Shown here piece by piece: positions 52,123 through 64,000 of a stretch of 64,000 bases of DNA. The DNA is from Chrysomallon squamiferum (lineage: Eukaryota; Animalia; Mollusca). The translations under genes were made by a program, and so were the position numbers. Where the stretch lies: positions 15,128,001 to 15,192,000 of the forward strand of contig CM022677.1 in the NCBI GenBank assembly GCA_012295275.1, read 5' to 3'. The notes beneath the pieces were generated by a model. It was not told the origin of the DNA. It saw nothing but the letters and a program-made list of their open reading frames with translations, and did no database searches. Each line of letters starts with the position of its first letter. Positions within the stretch are counted from its first letter, which is position 1.

Positions 52123-52817
52123 CTACATACAAACACTGCGTATATATATTTTCCTACTATATTTTTCGGTGATAATATTAAAAAGAACCCTTACTTTTAG
52201 AATTAATGTTTGGTCTTTATTCAGAAACCTGAAAAACGCCTTCAGCTAACATTACCGCCGTTTATACGACAAATCTGAAATTTACCAGTCCTCTGATCAA
52301 AAACAATTCAAGGCCTCAGAAAAAGGAAATATTTTATTATAAACGACAATTAATATTAATATTATTATGTTTTCCCCCAAATTAATGTCCTCCTTATATA
52401 CTGAAAAATTATGGTCTTTAATAATAAGTTATTTTATTATTAACAATAATAAGACTATACAGAAACGCGTGAAGTGCTAGATGAATGCTGTATTTATTAT
52501 TGTATTGATATTACTGAAAATTAACTGTGCACCTTTCAGTGTCACAATGTGATACTTTGTTTTATGACAGCAGTAACATGACATTCCGCGACACAATTTA
52601 TATCTCTCCCTACATGAAATTATTGATTAATCTAAAATTCAAATTTATCAAATTAAGACTATATCAGATTATTTTTTAAAACACTGAGAAAAGTAAGTTA
52701 ATCTAGAATGAAATTCCATGTTTATTCAATAATATAACTGATAATCTCTAATTAATGTAATTTTAATGTCTCATATAAATAATACAGACGTTAAAAAACT
52801 TGCGTCTTATTTTGTTA
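51874..52817. repeat. Host low-copy repeat flanking the viral hairpin, inverted paralog of 12807-13498
   Basis: Reverse-complement match to 12807-13498, with an extra internal segment. Confidence 0.88.
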
Positions 52818-54738
52818 CATTATCAGTGTAAAACGGCGATATTCTTTAGTTAAATGTGGTTTTATAAAAGTTCACGATTTCTTATGTAATTTATATTATT
52901 ATTATTATTATAAAAGAAGTATTTAGATTTTATCTCGACAGAAACAATAAACTAAGAATAAATCTGATTTCTCTGATAATTTTACGAGGCCTAATAAAAA
53001 ATTCGAAGTAATTTTTATATCCGCACTCAGAACAGTTCTAATGAAACTAAGAGAATAGCGTCAAACATATATAGGAAGCTTCCGTTTTTACAGAAAACTA
53101 AAAACAAAACAAAAAATAAAACTATTAAGGTTCTATTATTGTTATTGTTATTTAGCTGTTGACAGAGGACTGTGACAACTATGGTGTCTGCTTCACTGAC
53201 TCGTTGATAATTACTGGGGAGCGGTTATATTAATATATAATGTAATAAGAGAACTTCAGGTATAATAAGAAATGTAAAGTATATATACAACCTTTTAATG
53301 AATGTAATGAAAACAAATAAACTTCGCATAATAAAATAACCTTCTTTGTTCTCAGCTAATCAGTACACACTATCGTGATTTCAGGGAATTAACTCTGATA
53401 TTTTAAAATATAACCTGATATAAACATACGATATTACTAAAATATAAGATTAACATTTGTCAACACACTTAACCTACAAACTGTAAATATCACTGCTCAT
53501 AATTAATTCTCATCTTTTTACTTTTGTAACGCCATGTAGAATTATCATTTATAACTGTCAGTAATAACTGTGGTTATCAATATTTTCTGTAGTGTATATA
53601 ATATCTAAGTTCCACGTACAGTAAAATTACACCTTTTTATTATACGATTTAGAATTAGCAAAGTAAAATATAATATCTTGTTATTGTTAATAAAACGGAC
53701 ATTCGTAGCGGTATCTGAAGTTAGTTGCACAAAGTTCTGCTGTGTTTGTTTTTCAGTGAAACAAGTTTCTGGTGTTTATAAAATGTCACACTAGATGCGC
53801 TCTCTTTATTTCTCGATATATGTTTCACGTCACATATAAAGCTACTGTTATTTATAAAAACATTATAACACGGAAGTTCCATCTATATTTCTGAATGTTC
53901 ACAGTGAAATCATACCTTTAATTTTCAGTATAATTTGTCGTATAACTTACTGAATATCATCTCATTCAAGAAGGATAGTTGAGAAATTGAGAAATAACGA
54001 GGCCTTCCAGACTGCAGTTCTTTGTTACTAAGCAAAACTGAATTAGATATTAGCTGGACCTGATAATTAAATATTGATTTTCTTTTTCTAGATAGGTATG
54101 TATTGAAAAGCTGAGGTTACATTGTTAAATAATAGCAAACAATTTATGGTTCTTTCACTAAATTTAAATGTGTTAGTATAAAGAGGTCTGCTTGAAGCAA
54201 ATAAACTATTGTCATTCAGTTCTAATATGTGTGCTAAATAGCGTTCCTCATAATAACATATAACGTTATTTTTTCTCAAAACTTTATGAATAACAAATTA
54301 TTAAAATGATTCTGAAAAAAGGATGGTGAAAACTGAGTTACACTTTACTTGAACAAGAACATTTTTTTTTTCTTTACTGCAAAACAAAGGACATTTCAAC
54401 TGTAATTTACAGGGACAAGCTTTGTTTTCTATGACATAAAACAGTTAATAAAATAAATAAATTAATTAATTAATTTATTAATATTAATGTTAATCTCGAA
54501 GATCCTTCAGTATTTTCAGAATACACTGAACCGCTCCCAATATTTTCAACAGTGTTTATACATTTTTTTGCTGAAGTTTTAATTTCTTATCACTGTAATC
54601 TGAGAGGTTAGATAGATAGGTGGACAGATAGATAGACAGAGAGACAGATAGACAGTGAGACAGATATACCTACAGAGAGATAAATCCATAGACAGACAGA
54701 CATACAAACAGTACCAGTAGATTCAAAACTTCAATAAA

Positions 54739-55023
54739 CTAAACTCCTTGACAAATATCACACAAGAATACAATATCTTTAAAGTCTGCACCAGCTGGGA
54801 TTTCGAGATTTGCGCAAGAAACAAGACAATACCAATTTGGGCACCCGTCACATCCTATGAACTCGTCCGAATTCATTCCATCATCAACTCTGCCACAGAG
54901 TTCACATTTTTCTTGTGTATCTACTACATCTCTGTCTTCCAGTTCAGGCTCATCACCATCAACGTTTTCTTTGGCTGCATCCACCGGTTCCTCAAAATAT
55001 GGGGCCACTTTTACCTCATCCAT
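54739..55023 (-). CDS. Stand-alone 94-aa acidic PHD-finger protein
   Basis: CELC-x14-CDGC-x2-WYC-x3-C...FLCDIC follows PHD spacing with the usual His position read as Cys. ATG in CCAATGG context with an in-frame stop just upstream; no splice acceptor visible. Confidence 0.7.
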   Translation of the reverse strand: MDEVKVAPYFEEPVDAAKENVDGDEPELEDRDVVDTQEKCELCGRVDDGMNSDEFIGCDGCPNWYCLVSCANLEIPAGADFKDIVFLCDICQGV

Positions 55024-55469
55024 TGGTGCCAGAATTTATTTAACGTGATATTATTATTTGATGAATTATTGTAAAATTACTATTTCATTTAATGTTTTTC
55101 ATTTAATTTTATTTATTTATTTTATTTATTTCATTTCATTTATTTCAGTTGAAAAAGGAGAGGCCCCGGTATCTGTATGAAAAGGCTGAAAAACAGTATT
55201 TACATATATTTGAAACCTTTATACAGTGAAATGAAATTTTTATGAAACCATACAAATTTACAGTCGTAGTGAAACCCAGATCTCTCTTTCTCTAATCATA
55301 ATAAATAACATGTAGAAATTTTCACGTATCAAAGCGGAACTTCGTAACAAATTGAAATTCTTGATCTTATTTTTACTCTTAATGAAGAAATATTAAGTTT
55401 TATTAAAGAAACATTTTAAATATATGAAATAAATTAAGAATGCGCAAATAGAGATACTACTACTACTAT

Positions 55470-55510
<41 letters not shown>

Positions 55511-55654
55511 ATAATAATAATAATAATTATAGTCAATTTCATAGACTAGGGAAATAAATCTGTTTTCCATTAAGAATCAATACAACGATGATAATGGATA
55601 ACAACAACAGAACAAATTTTGAAAAATATAAATACAAAAGATAATAATGATATA

Positions 55655-56260
55655 ATGTACGGGATAAATGGAACCTCCAGAAATACCGTGCGCCGCGATT
55701 CGATCTACGATTGTGGAAAAATAACGTTCTGTATATATACATTGGTCACGTGACATAAGCAATACTTCCCGATTCCAGATTCATCTATCAAAGTTTGTGG
55801 AAAAATCACGTTCTAAATACATAATAATGGTCACGTGACATATTTCCTGTCTTCATGACCTGTCACCGGAAGTGGGAGGAATTTACTCCGCCAAGTAAAA
55901 GTTATATCGATTAGACTTATCTTCTTTTAACGATATCTGTTCACAAACATAGATTAGAGTTATGTCCCTTATATGAGATGTACTCACTAAGCAACGTAAA
56001 AATTATATGGATTAGAGTTATCTCCCTTTAGTGACAAGTGTTCACAAACATTGATTAGAGTTATATCCCTTACGTGATATGTACTCACTTAGCTTACGTA
56101 TGCTAATTATCAGTACGGGATAAACGGAGCCACCCATATGCCGCGATTCAATCTACGATTGTAAAAAAATCACTTTGTTTATTTATATGACATAAGCAGT
56201 GACGTGTCACCGGAAGTGGGAGAAGTTTTCTCCGCGAAGTAAAAATTTCATCGATTAGCA
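55655..56260. promoter_or_regulatory. CpG-richer duplicated module with E-box (GGTCACGTGAC) and ETS-like (CCGGAAGTG) motifs around GATTAGAGTTATxTCCCTT repeats
   Basis: 55657-55915 is repeated in shortened form at 56112-56256. About four GATTAGAGTTAT-type units lie between them. Could be a promoter or a transposon subterminal region. Confidence 0.4.
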
Positions 56261-56309
56261 ATTACAGTGGGATTTATGTCGCTTGTGTTACATGTAGTGG
56301 ATCTGAAGT

Positions 56310-57180
56310 GATATCTTTTGAATCCAATATCTGTGGACATTTTTCGCCAGGTCACCAAATGTGACCAAAGTTCCGTTTAAGCGACTGGGATGTTAAAAAC
56401 ACTATGCATTAGTCGTGCAAAAAAACAACAACAGCAACACATTAATGCTAAAGTGAAGCCAGCTAACATTTCCAACCTTAACGTCATAGAGTTATCGGTC
56501 GGTTAACAAAACAGTTTATCACAGGCGATAACTCTATCAAGCAAGAGTTTGCTATTGTTTTTCCTTATTAATTCAAGTATTAGTTCGCTAAAGTGAAGAC
56601 AACGAACAAATCTAGCGAACTTTTACACCGTCAGGTTAAAGAATGATTGGTTAGTTAACGGAACAAGTTATCATGGCAGATAACGCTATAGCCTTGTATT
56701 TGCTATATTTTTCTTTTCAATTCCAGTAGGCTTACTTACACGGAATTTAAAAAAAAAAAAAAACGCTTGTTTGAACATTTATTAACGGCTGATTTGAATA
56801 ATTAGGACTCAATTTTTCTGGCTATTTTAATTAATAAAGAATTTTGCTATTTCATTTTAGTTGTTGGCAAAATAAGGTAAGCCAATACATCGAGTTTATT
56901 GAACTTCGAGCAACTCTGTTCACTGGAAAAATGTGGACATAGAAATAAGTAATGTTTCATAGTTTTAGAAATTCCATAGCTACAGTTTGGCGTTCTGTTT
57001 ATTTTGCGTTTGAATCTGATTGAGTTTAGGTTAGTTGAGTAGCTGATTCTGAGTTTGGTAAGGTTCTTATGTAGTTTCTTACTAAAATTATTTTGGAATT
57101 TGAAGATGAAAGGTGTAACTAATGTGATTTTATATCTTTACTATTCACCCACGCCCGTCCACAATTCAATATGGCTGTCG
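56310..57180 (+). repeat. Direct, internally deleted paralog of about 16530-17460 joined to about 18966-19190
   Basis: Shared blocks TATCTTTTGAATCCAATA.CTGTGGACATTTTTC, CCAGGTCACCAAATG.GACCAAAGTTC and AAGTAATGTTTCAT...AGAAATTCCA.AGCTACAGTTTGG. Confidence 0.8.
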
Positions 57181-59966
57181 GTTTCTTCAAGGCAGTGCAC
57201 TGTATCTAGTATATTACAGTCTGTGGTATGTACTATCCTGCCAGTGAGTATGTTTGTTCAAGGCAGTGCATCGTGTCTGCTATATTATAGACTGTGGTAT
57301 GTACTACCCTGTCAGTGAGTCTGTTTGTTCAAGGCAGTGCATCGTGTCTACTACATTACAGATTGTGGTATGTACTACCCTGTCAGTGAGTCTGTTCAAC
57401 TCAGTGGATCGTGTCTAGTATTACAGACTGTGGTATGTACTATCCTGTCAGTGAGTCTGTTTGTTTTTTCAAGGCAATGCATCGTGTTTAGCATATTACA
57501 GACTGTGGTATGCAGTATCCTGCCAGCGAGTCTGTTTGTTCAAGCCAGTGCATCGTGCCTACTATATTACAGACTGTGGTATGTACTATCCTGTCAGTAA
57601 GTCTATTTCTTCAAGGCAGTGCATCGTGTTTAGTATATTACAGACTGTGGTATGTACTACCCTGCCAGTGAGTTTGTTCAAAGCAGTGGATCGTGTCTAG
57701 TATTACAGTATGTAGTATGTACTACCCTGCCAGTGAGTCTGTTTGTTCAAGGTCAATGGATCGTGCTACTATATTACAGACTGTGGCATATACTATCCTG
57801 TCAGTGAGTCTGTTCAAGTCAATGCATCGTGTCTAGTATTCTACAGACTGTGGTATGTACTATCCTCTCAGTGAGTTTGTTCAAGGCAGTGGATCGTGTC
57901 TAGTATTACAGTATGTGGTATGTACTAACCTGTCAGTGAGTCTGTTTGTTCACGGCTGTGCATCGTGCTTACTATATTACAGACTGTGGTATGTACTACC
58001 CTGTCAGTGAGTCTGTTTTTTCAAGGCAGTGCACTGTATCTAGAATTACAGACTGTGGTATGTACTATCCTGTCAGTGAGTCTGTTCAAGTCAGTGCATC
58101 GTGCCTACTCTATTACAGACTGTGGTAGGTACTATCCTGTCAATCTGTTTGTTAAAGGGTATGCATCGTGTCTACTGTGGTTTGTAATATCCTGTCAGTA
58201 AGTCTGTTTATTCAAGGCAATGCACTGTGTCTACAAACTGTGGTATGTACAATTCTGTCAGTGAGTCTGTTCAAGGCCGTTCATCGTGCAAGCTAGTGGA
58301 TCTGTCTAGTATATTGTAGACTGTGGTATGTAGTACCCTGTCAGTGAGTCTGTTTTTTCAAGGCAGTGCACTGTATCTAGAATTACATACTGTGGTATGT
58401 ACTATCCTGCCAGTGAGTCTCTTTGTTCAAGGCAGTGCATCGTGCCTACTATATTGTAGACTGTGGTATGTACTACCCTATCAGTGAGTCTGATTAAGGC
58501 AGTGCACTGTATGTAGACTGTGGTATGTACTACCCTGTCAGTGAGTGTTTGTTCAAGGCCGGGCATCGTGTCTAGTATACTACAGACTGTGGTATGTACT
58601 ACCCTGTCAGTGAGTGTTTGTTCAAGGCCGGGCATCGTGTCTAGTATACTACAGACTGTGGTATGTACTACCCTGTCAGTGATTCTTTGTTGAAGCCGTG
58701 CATCGTTTCTAGTTGTTGTTACAGACTGTGGTATGTACCATCCTCTCAGTCAGTCTGTTTGTTCAAGGGAGTGCACTGTATCTAGTATATTACAGGCTGT
58801 GGCATGTACTACCCTGTCAGTGAGTCTGTTTCTTCAAGGCAATGCATCGTGTTTAGTATATTACAGACTATGGTATGTACTACCCTGTCAGTTAGTCTGT
58901 TTGTTTAAGGCAATGCATCGTGTTTAGTACATTACACACTGTGGTATTATCCTGTGAGCGAGTATGTTTGCTCAAAGCAGTGCATCGTGTCTAGTATATT
59001 ACAGACTGTGGTATGTACCACCCTGTCAGTGAGTCTGTTCAAGGCAGTGCATCGTGTCTAGTATATATTGCAGACTGTTGTATGTACTAACCTGTCAGTG
59101 AGTCTGTTTATTCAAGGCAGTGCACTGTATCTAGCATTACACAATGTGGAATGTACTACCTTGTCAGTGATTCTCTTTGTTGAAGGCAGTGCATCGTTTC
59201 TAGTTGTTGTTACAGACTGTGGTCTGTACCATCCTCTCAGTCAGTCTGTTTGTTCAAGGGAGTGCACTGTATCTAGTCTATTACAGACTGTGGCATGTAC
59301 TACCCTGTCAGTGAGTCTGTTTGTTCTAGGCAGGGCATGGTGTCTGGTATATTACAGACTGTGGTATGTACTACCCTGTTAGTGATTATGTTTCTTCAAG
59401 GCAATGCATCGTGTCTAGTTGTTGTTATAGATTGTTGTATGTACTAACCGATCAGTGAGTCTGTTTGTTCAAGGCAGTGCACTGTATCTAGAATTACAGA
59501 CTGTGGTATGTACTATCCTGTCAGTGAGTCTCTTTGTTCAAGGCAATGCGTCGTGTCTACTATATTACACATTGTGGTATGTACTACCCTGTCAGTGAGT
59601 ATCTTTTTCAAGGCAGTGCATCGTGTTTAGTATATTACAGACTGTGGTATGTACTACCCTGTGAGTGAGTCTGCTTGTTCAAGGCACTGCACTGTATCTA
59701 GTATATTGCAGAATGTGGTACGTACTACCCTGTCAGAGAGTCTCTGGTATGTATTACCCTGTCAGTGAGTCTGTTCAAGGCAGTTCATCGTGTCTAGTAG
59801 ATTACAGACTGTGGTATGTACTAACCTGTCAGTGAGTACGTTTGTTCAAGGCAGTGAATCGTGTCTAGATGTTGTTAAAGACTGTGGTTTGTATTATCCT
59901 GTCAGTGAGTCTGTTTAAGGCAGTGCATCGTGTCTAGTTGTTGTTACATACTGTGGTATGTACTAT
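57181..59966. repeat. About 65-71-bp tandem satellite, about 40 diverged copies
   Basis: Consensus TTCAAGGCAGTGCATCGTGTCTAGTATATTACAGACTGTGGTATGTACTACCCTGTCAGTGAGTCTG(TTTG). Confidence 0.97.
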
Positions 59967-60559
59967 AGTGTCTATGGTTTTTATATCAGGTCTTTCTGGA
60001 AACTTATATCATTTACATGCACTGCAATATTAATTCAAAATGTTATTGTTAAAATCTAAAATACTTGTTATTTTTGTCAAAATTGTCATTTTTGTCAGTC
60101 ACTGAATGATTGATGGAAATTTGACCATTCATGAATTGTTTTTTTTATATGCTATTTATTTTAAAATACTTTAAATTTTAACATTTGTTTAATGTAAAAT
60201 GACTTTTTAAGCCTGTATTCAAATCTGCAATCAACACTCAATAATTTCTCCATATTATTTAAGTTAAAAAACTATATAACTGTCTAACATGAATAAAGTA
60301 TTATAAAATACCAACTTTGACCTAGGGAATAAAATTAAAAAAAACAACAACAACAAGCAAATAATAAACACATCCACAAAACACATTCACACACACTGAC
60401 ACACAAAACACCCACCCAAGGTAAAAGTGCTTTACCATATTAACACATGGTGGAGAGGAAGTTTCCTATCTGTTTATCAGTGAGTTTCTTTCTAAACAAA
60501 AACATTTTACACAGTAATTGTTATAATCACTAACAACAATTTTTCTTTTGTCTGCACCT

Positions 60560-60742
60560 GACACCAGAATGGAAACAGGACAAGAACAGTTTTATCTCGT
60601 TGTTATTGTAAGTGTGGTTTATGTAGCCCTGCAGACATTTGGTGCAGAACAAGTGTCCTCGATACAGAACTCACAGTGTGTCAAAAATTTCCATACAAAG
60701 TCAACACGAAAGAATATCATCAGAATGTGAAGCTGTTGCCAT
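60560..60742 (-). pseudogene. TRIM-type RING-HC finger pseudo-exon
   Basis: From ATG 60742: MATASHSDDILSC*LCMEIFDTL*VLYRGHLFCTKCLQGYINHTYNNNE, then CPV after a frameshift. Matches the LxCxxCxExFxxPxxLxCxHxFCxxCL start of TRIM proteins; two TGA stops. Confidence 0.75.
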
Positions 60743-60860
60743 ATCTGTTAATAATAAAAATAAAAATAATAATAAGAACACAACAACAACAACAGCAACA
60801 ACAGCAGCAGCAGCAAGGACATGGAAGAATCAGCGAAGATAAAAAAGATAAAAAAGAAAT

Positions 60861-60891
<31 letters not shown>

Positions 60892-60954
60892 CAACAACAA
60901 AAAAAAGCCAACACAATGGCCTCCTTAATTAAGTACATCAGTGAAAACAAAGAT

Positions 60955-61407
60955 ATGAATATTCTTAAGAGCTCTCATTTCAGCAACAAATAATTTACAT
61001 TATTTTTTCTTACAAAAATCTGAATTAACAGTCTTTTTCATCAATGTTTATCTGATTAGGGCTAATAAAAAAATAAAAAATGCAAGTAATGAGATAATAG
61101 TTAACATTAGCTTCTGACAAAAATATTACATTCTGATTATTTTTTACCTTAATTTTTATACAAATATCATTATCATCTTTGTCAGTTAAAGAGGTGACAC
61201 AGGTGACTGGAAAAAGAAAAGACAGTTTTAACTTACTTGTTCTCTTCCAGTTCCGTTTGATATTTTTTGTGTGATTGTTTAATGTTCCCAACATGAGTAA
61301 CCATTACCTCCATTGTACAACTGAGTCTCATCTCCTACAAAAACACACACAATTTGTACAGACTTTTACTTGTAGAATTCTCTGGTTATTAATTATTGCT
61401 CCTTTTA

Positions 61408-61438
<31 letters not shown>

Positions 61439-63998
61439 AAAATAAATAATAGAATAAAGTAAAAAAGTTAGAATAAAGTAAAAAGAATCTTAAAATCAGA
61501 CTGCCATTTCATGGCAGGTGTCTTTATAACTGAACAAATAATTAGTGCTTAGTGATTCTATGGATTCTTTCAATAAATGAGATTTTATGTGCAGACAAAG
61601 CATCAGTATACAATAATTGCTAATCATTTTCATGATTTTACAAAAACAAAAATATTACATTTTTATGTAAATTGCTTAATTCAGTGTAAGAAAACTATTT
61701 TGCATAGAATTTTGTGAAAGACTGAAGAAATATTTAAAACTGAAATAAAATGAATAATGTATTTAAATACCTGCTGGACAGCACCAAATACTTCAACTCT
61801 ACTGGAGACTCGAGCTACTCTTTGTTCCAAAATGTCAGTCTGAGTTTGTATTTATCAACAATTTCTTGAATATTTCTATCCTTAACAAGCTGATTTAACT
61901 TCTGAAAATAAACAGTTTAAATCCACAGTTTAGTATATTGGTTTCTTCAGTTCCCATAAATACATGATGAAAGATCTGAATGTCATTCAGTAAATATTGA
62001 CATTTCCTTGTTATAAAACAATTCAATTAATTAAGTCTGCATGAATCAATATAATTATAGTAAACTAAAAATAGAAATATAACCTTTTTTAAATCCTTTG
62101 TTTTGTATTGTAGTGAGATTTAATGATGCAGTTATCAATTTAAATTATTTACTGAAAAATAATCTAAAGAGATAAAAACATGTCTAAAATAAAGATGAAT
62201 TTGATTCACATAATTAAAGGTAAAGAAGAATTTTAGATTCAGAAACATCTTCAACACAATTAACATAATCTGTTTTTCTTTATGAACTGATTTCACACAT
62301 ACCTCAACATCATTCCTTAAGCCATGTAGTTCTTGGTCCATGTTCTTTTTAGCAATGTCCCACGACCTTTCTTGAATCTCTTTTCTCTGCTCTTGAGTCA
62401 ATTTGTCCATCTTGAAGGTCAGGAACTTAGTCTAGTTAAAATACCAAAAATAAACTGTAATATATAAATTCAATCAAATGCTAATGTAAGAACATTCAAG
62501 TCACATTACACTGAAAATAATAAAGTATGTTAATAAAATAATAAGCAGACATTTCATTAGTTTGACATTATTTTGTAAATAGGAAACATAAATTCCCCAA
62601 TAGTCTGAGCAAGAGATACATATTCTGTGTATACATGAGTGAGAGTGTGTGTGTGTGTGTTTTTTAATATTTGTATCTATAATATGGCTTTTTAAATAGG
62701 AAAAGTAGCTCTTTTCATAAGCTTGTTATTTCATTTTCAGACTAAACTGAGTGAAGATTGTCTAGTATAATAAGTTAAAGATAAATGTGTAAGAAGAAAA
62801 ATTATTACTACATTTAATAAACACTAAAAGCATACACCATCTCCAAAACAAAGAACCTACACTAACTGAATAAATAATCATTTTTCACATATGTATTGTT
62901 TATCACATTGAAAGATCTCAATGACAAAAATTAATCTAAAATAACAAATAAATCACATCTTTAAGTAAAATTCAAAGTAAATGCAGAATAAAAATGTACT
63001 TACTTTGACTTCTTCATCTGATAAGTTGGTGAACTGAAATAAAAATACACAGTTGAGACAGCTGTCCTAATGGGAAAATAAATCTGGATATTGCTGATAT
63101 TTCGCTAGTTAAGGAAAATGATGGATGCAACATGAACTGCTGAACTTAAAACATGTTTCCTAACTAATTTAACTAATGTCTGCAATGACTGAAATAAGAA
63201 AACCTCAGCATAATATAAAACATCAGTATAAATAAAATGCGTATACATGCAAAAACTCTACATGATTTAAATAAACATAATTGAAAACTAGGGAAAAAAA
63301 GTTAGAGAGAATGACCAATGAGCCATTTCAACTGAAGGTATAACCAGACTTGCTAATCATAAATCATTGTCAAAAATCCCACAATAAGGACAAGTGTTTA
63401 TTTTTAAGAACTGTTAGTGAATCACAACAGTTTGACAGAACTTGATAGAATGAACTAAAAAATAATTTACAGACACATGATAACTATATCATAACAGATA
63501 CCAATGCTTTTCAGTTCTAATAACAAAAAGTTAATGTCACTCTCCACTAGGTATGTGAATTCAGTCATTTCGATTACTTTTTTGGAACACTTAGAACTGA
63601 TTCTATACATCTAATTTTAGATTTGATTAAAAATATAAGTTAATAATCTGGCTACAACATTAAATTTATCCACAATAGTATTCTTTTAATCCCAAAAGAT
63701 AACGAGAATTTTAATTAATTAATAATAATAAATTGCTAATGTTTTGAATGAGATGATATAATTAATTCATAAAAAAATATATATATCAGATTTGAATCCT
63801 GAACGAAATAATTCAGACAATCGTATGATACTGCAACACTGACAAAGAAACTAATAACTTCTGTGTCATCTCATATATAAAGTTTTGACTGGTAGGAAAC
63901 AGAATTGTAAGGATTTACATCTGCTTCTTCCTGATCAATGGCAATTTATAACATAATTACCACCAAGTTGATGTCTATGCATTTGGAAGGTACATTTT
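60955..63998 (-). repeat. Inverted segmental duplicate of 33746-35230, retaining an extra segment of about 1.5 kb with exon-like blocks
   Basis: 63322-63998 is the reverse complement of 33746-34422, and 60955-61799 of 34432-35230. 61800-63321 is absent from the left copy and includes the 62270-62430 block (MDKLTQEQRKEIQERSWDIAKKNMDQELHGL...). Confidence 0.9.
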
Positions 63999-64000
63999 TC

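Noticed and set aside
57055-59382. Many Cys/Val-rich ORFs in the track
   Set aside because: Translations of the satellite in several frames.

Overview
AT-rich, intron- and repeat-rich animal genomic DNA (probably an invertebrate; this is inferred from composition and gene families) with two 200-N scaffold gaps (9390-9589, 46270-46469). The main result is a pair of divergent endogenous parvovirus-like elements facing away from each other across the second gap. One is decayed (about 43030-46269, minus strand) and one is nearly intact (46470-51873, plus strand). Both show the same non-canonical layout on one strand: capsid-like ORF, then a short conserved CRE/TATA promoter, then NS1 (HUH endonuclease plus SF3 helicase), then a branched terminal hairpin. 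This VP-before-NS order is the reverse of classical monosense parvoviruses and is not ambisense. The rest of the window holds Ig-superfamily exons in both orientations, an intronless prolyl-4-hydroxylase alpha pseudogene, decayed pogo/Tigger, LINE and Ty3/gypsy elements, MITEs, three tandem arrays (42, 38 and about 68 bp), a stand-alone PHD-finger ORF, a TRIM-type RING pseudo-exon and several low-copy duplications shared between the left and right halves. All identifications come from motifs read by eye; no database search was run.
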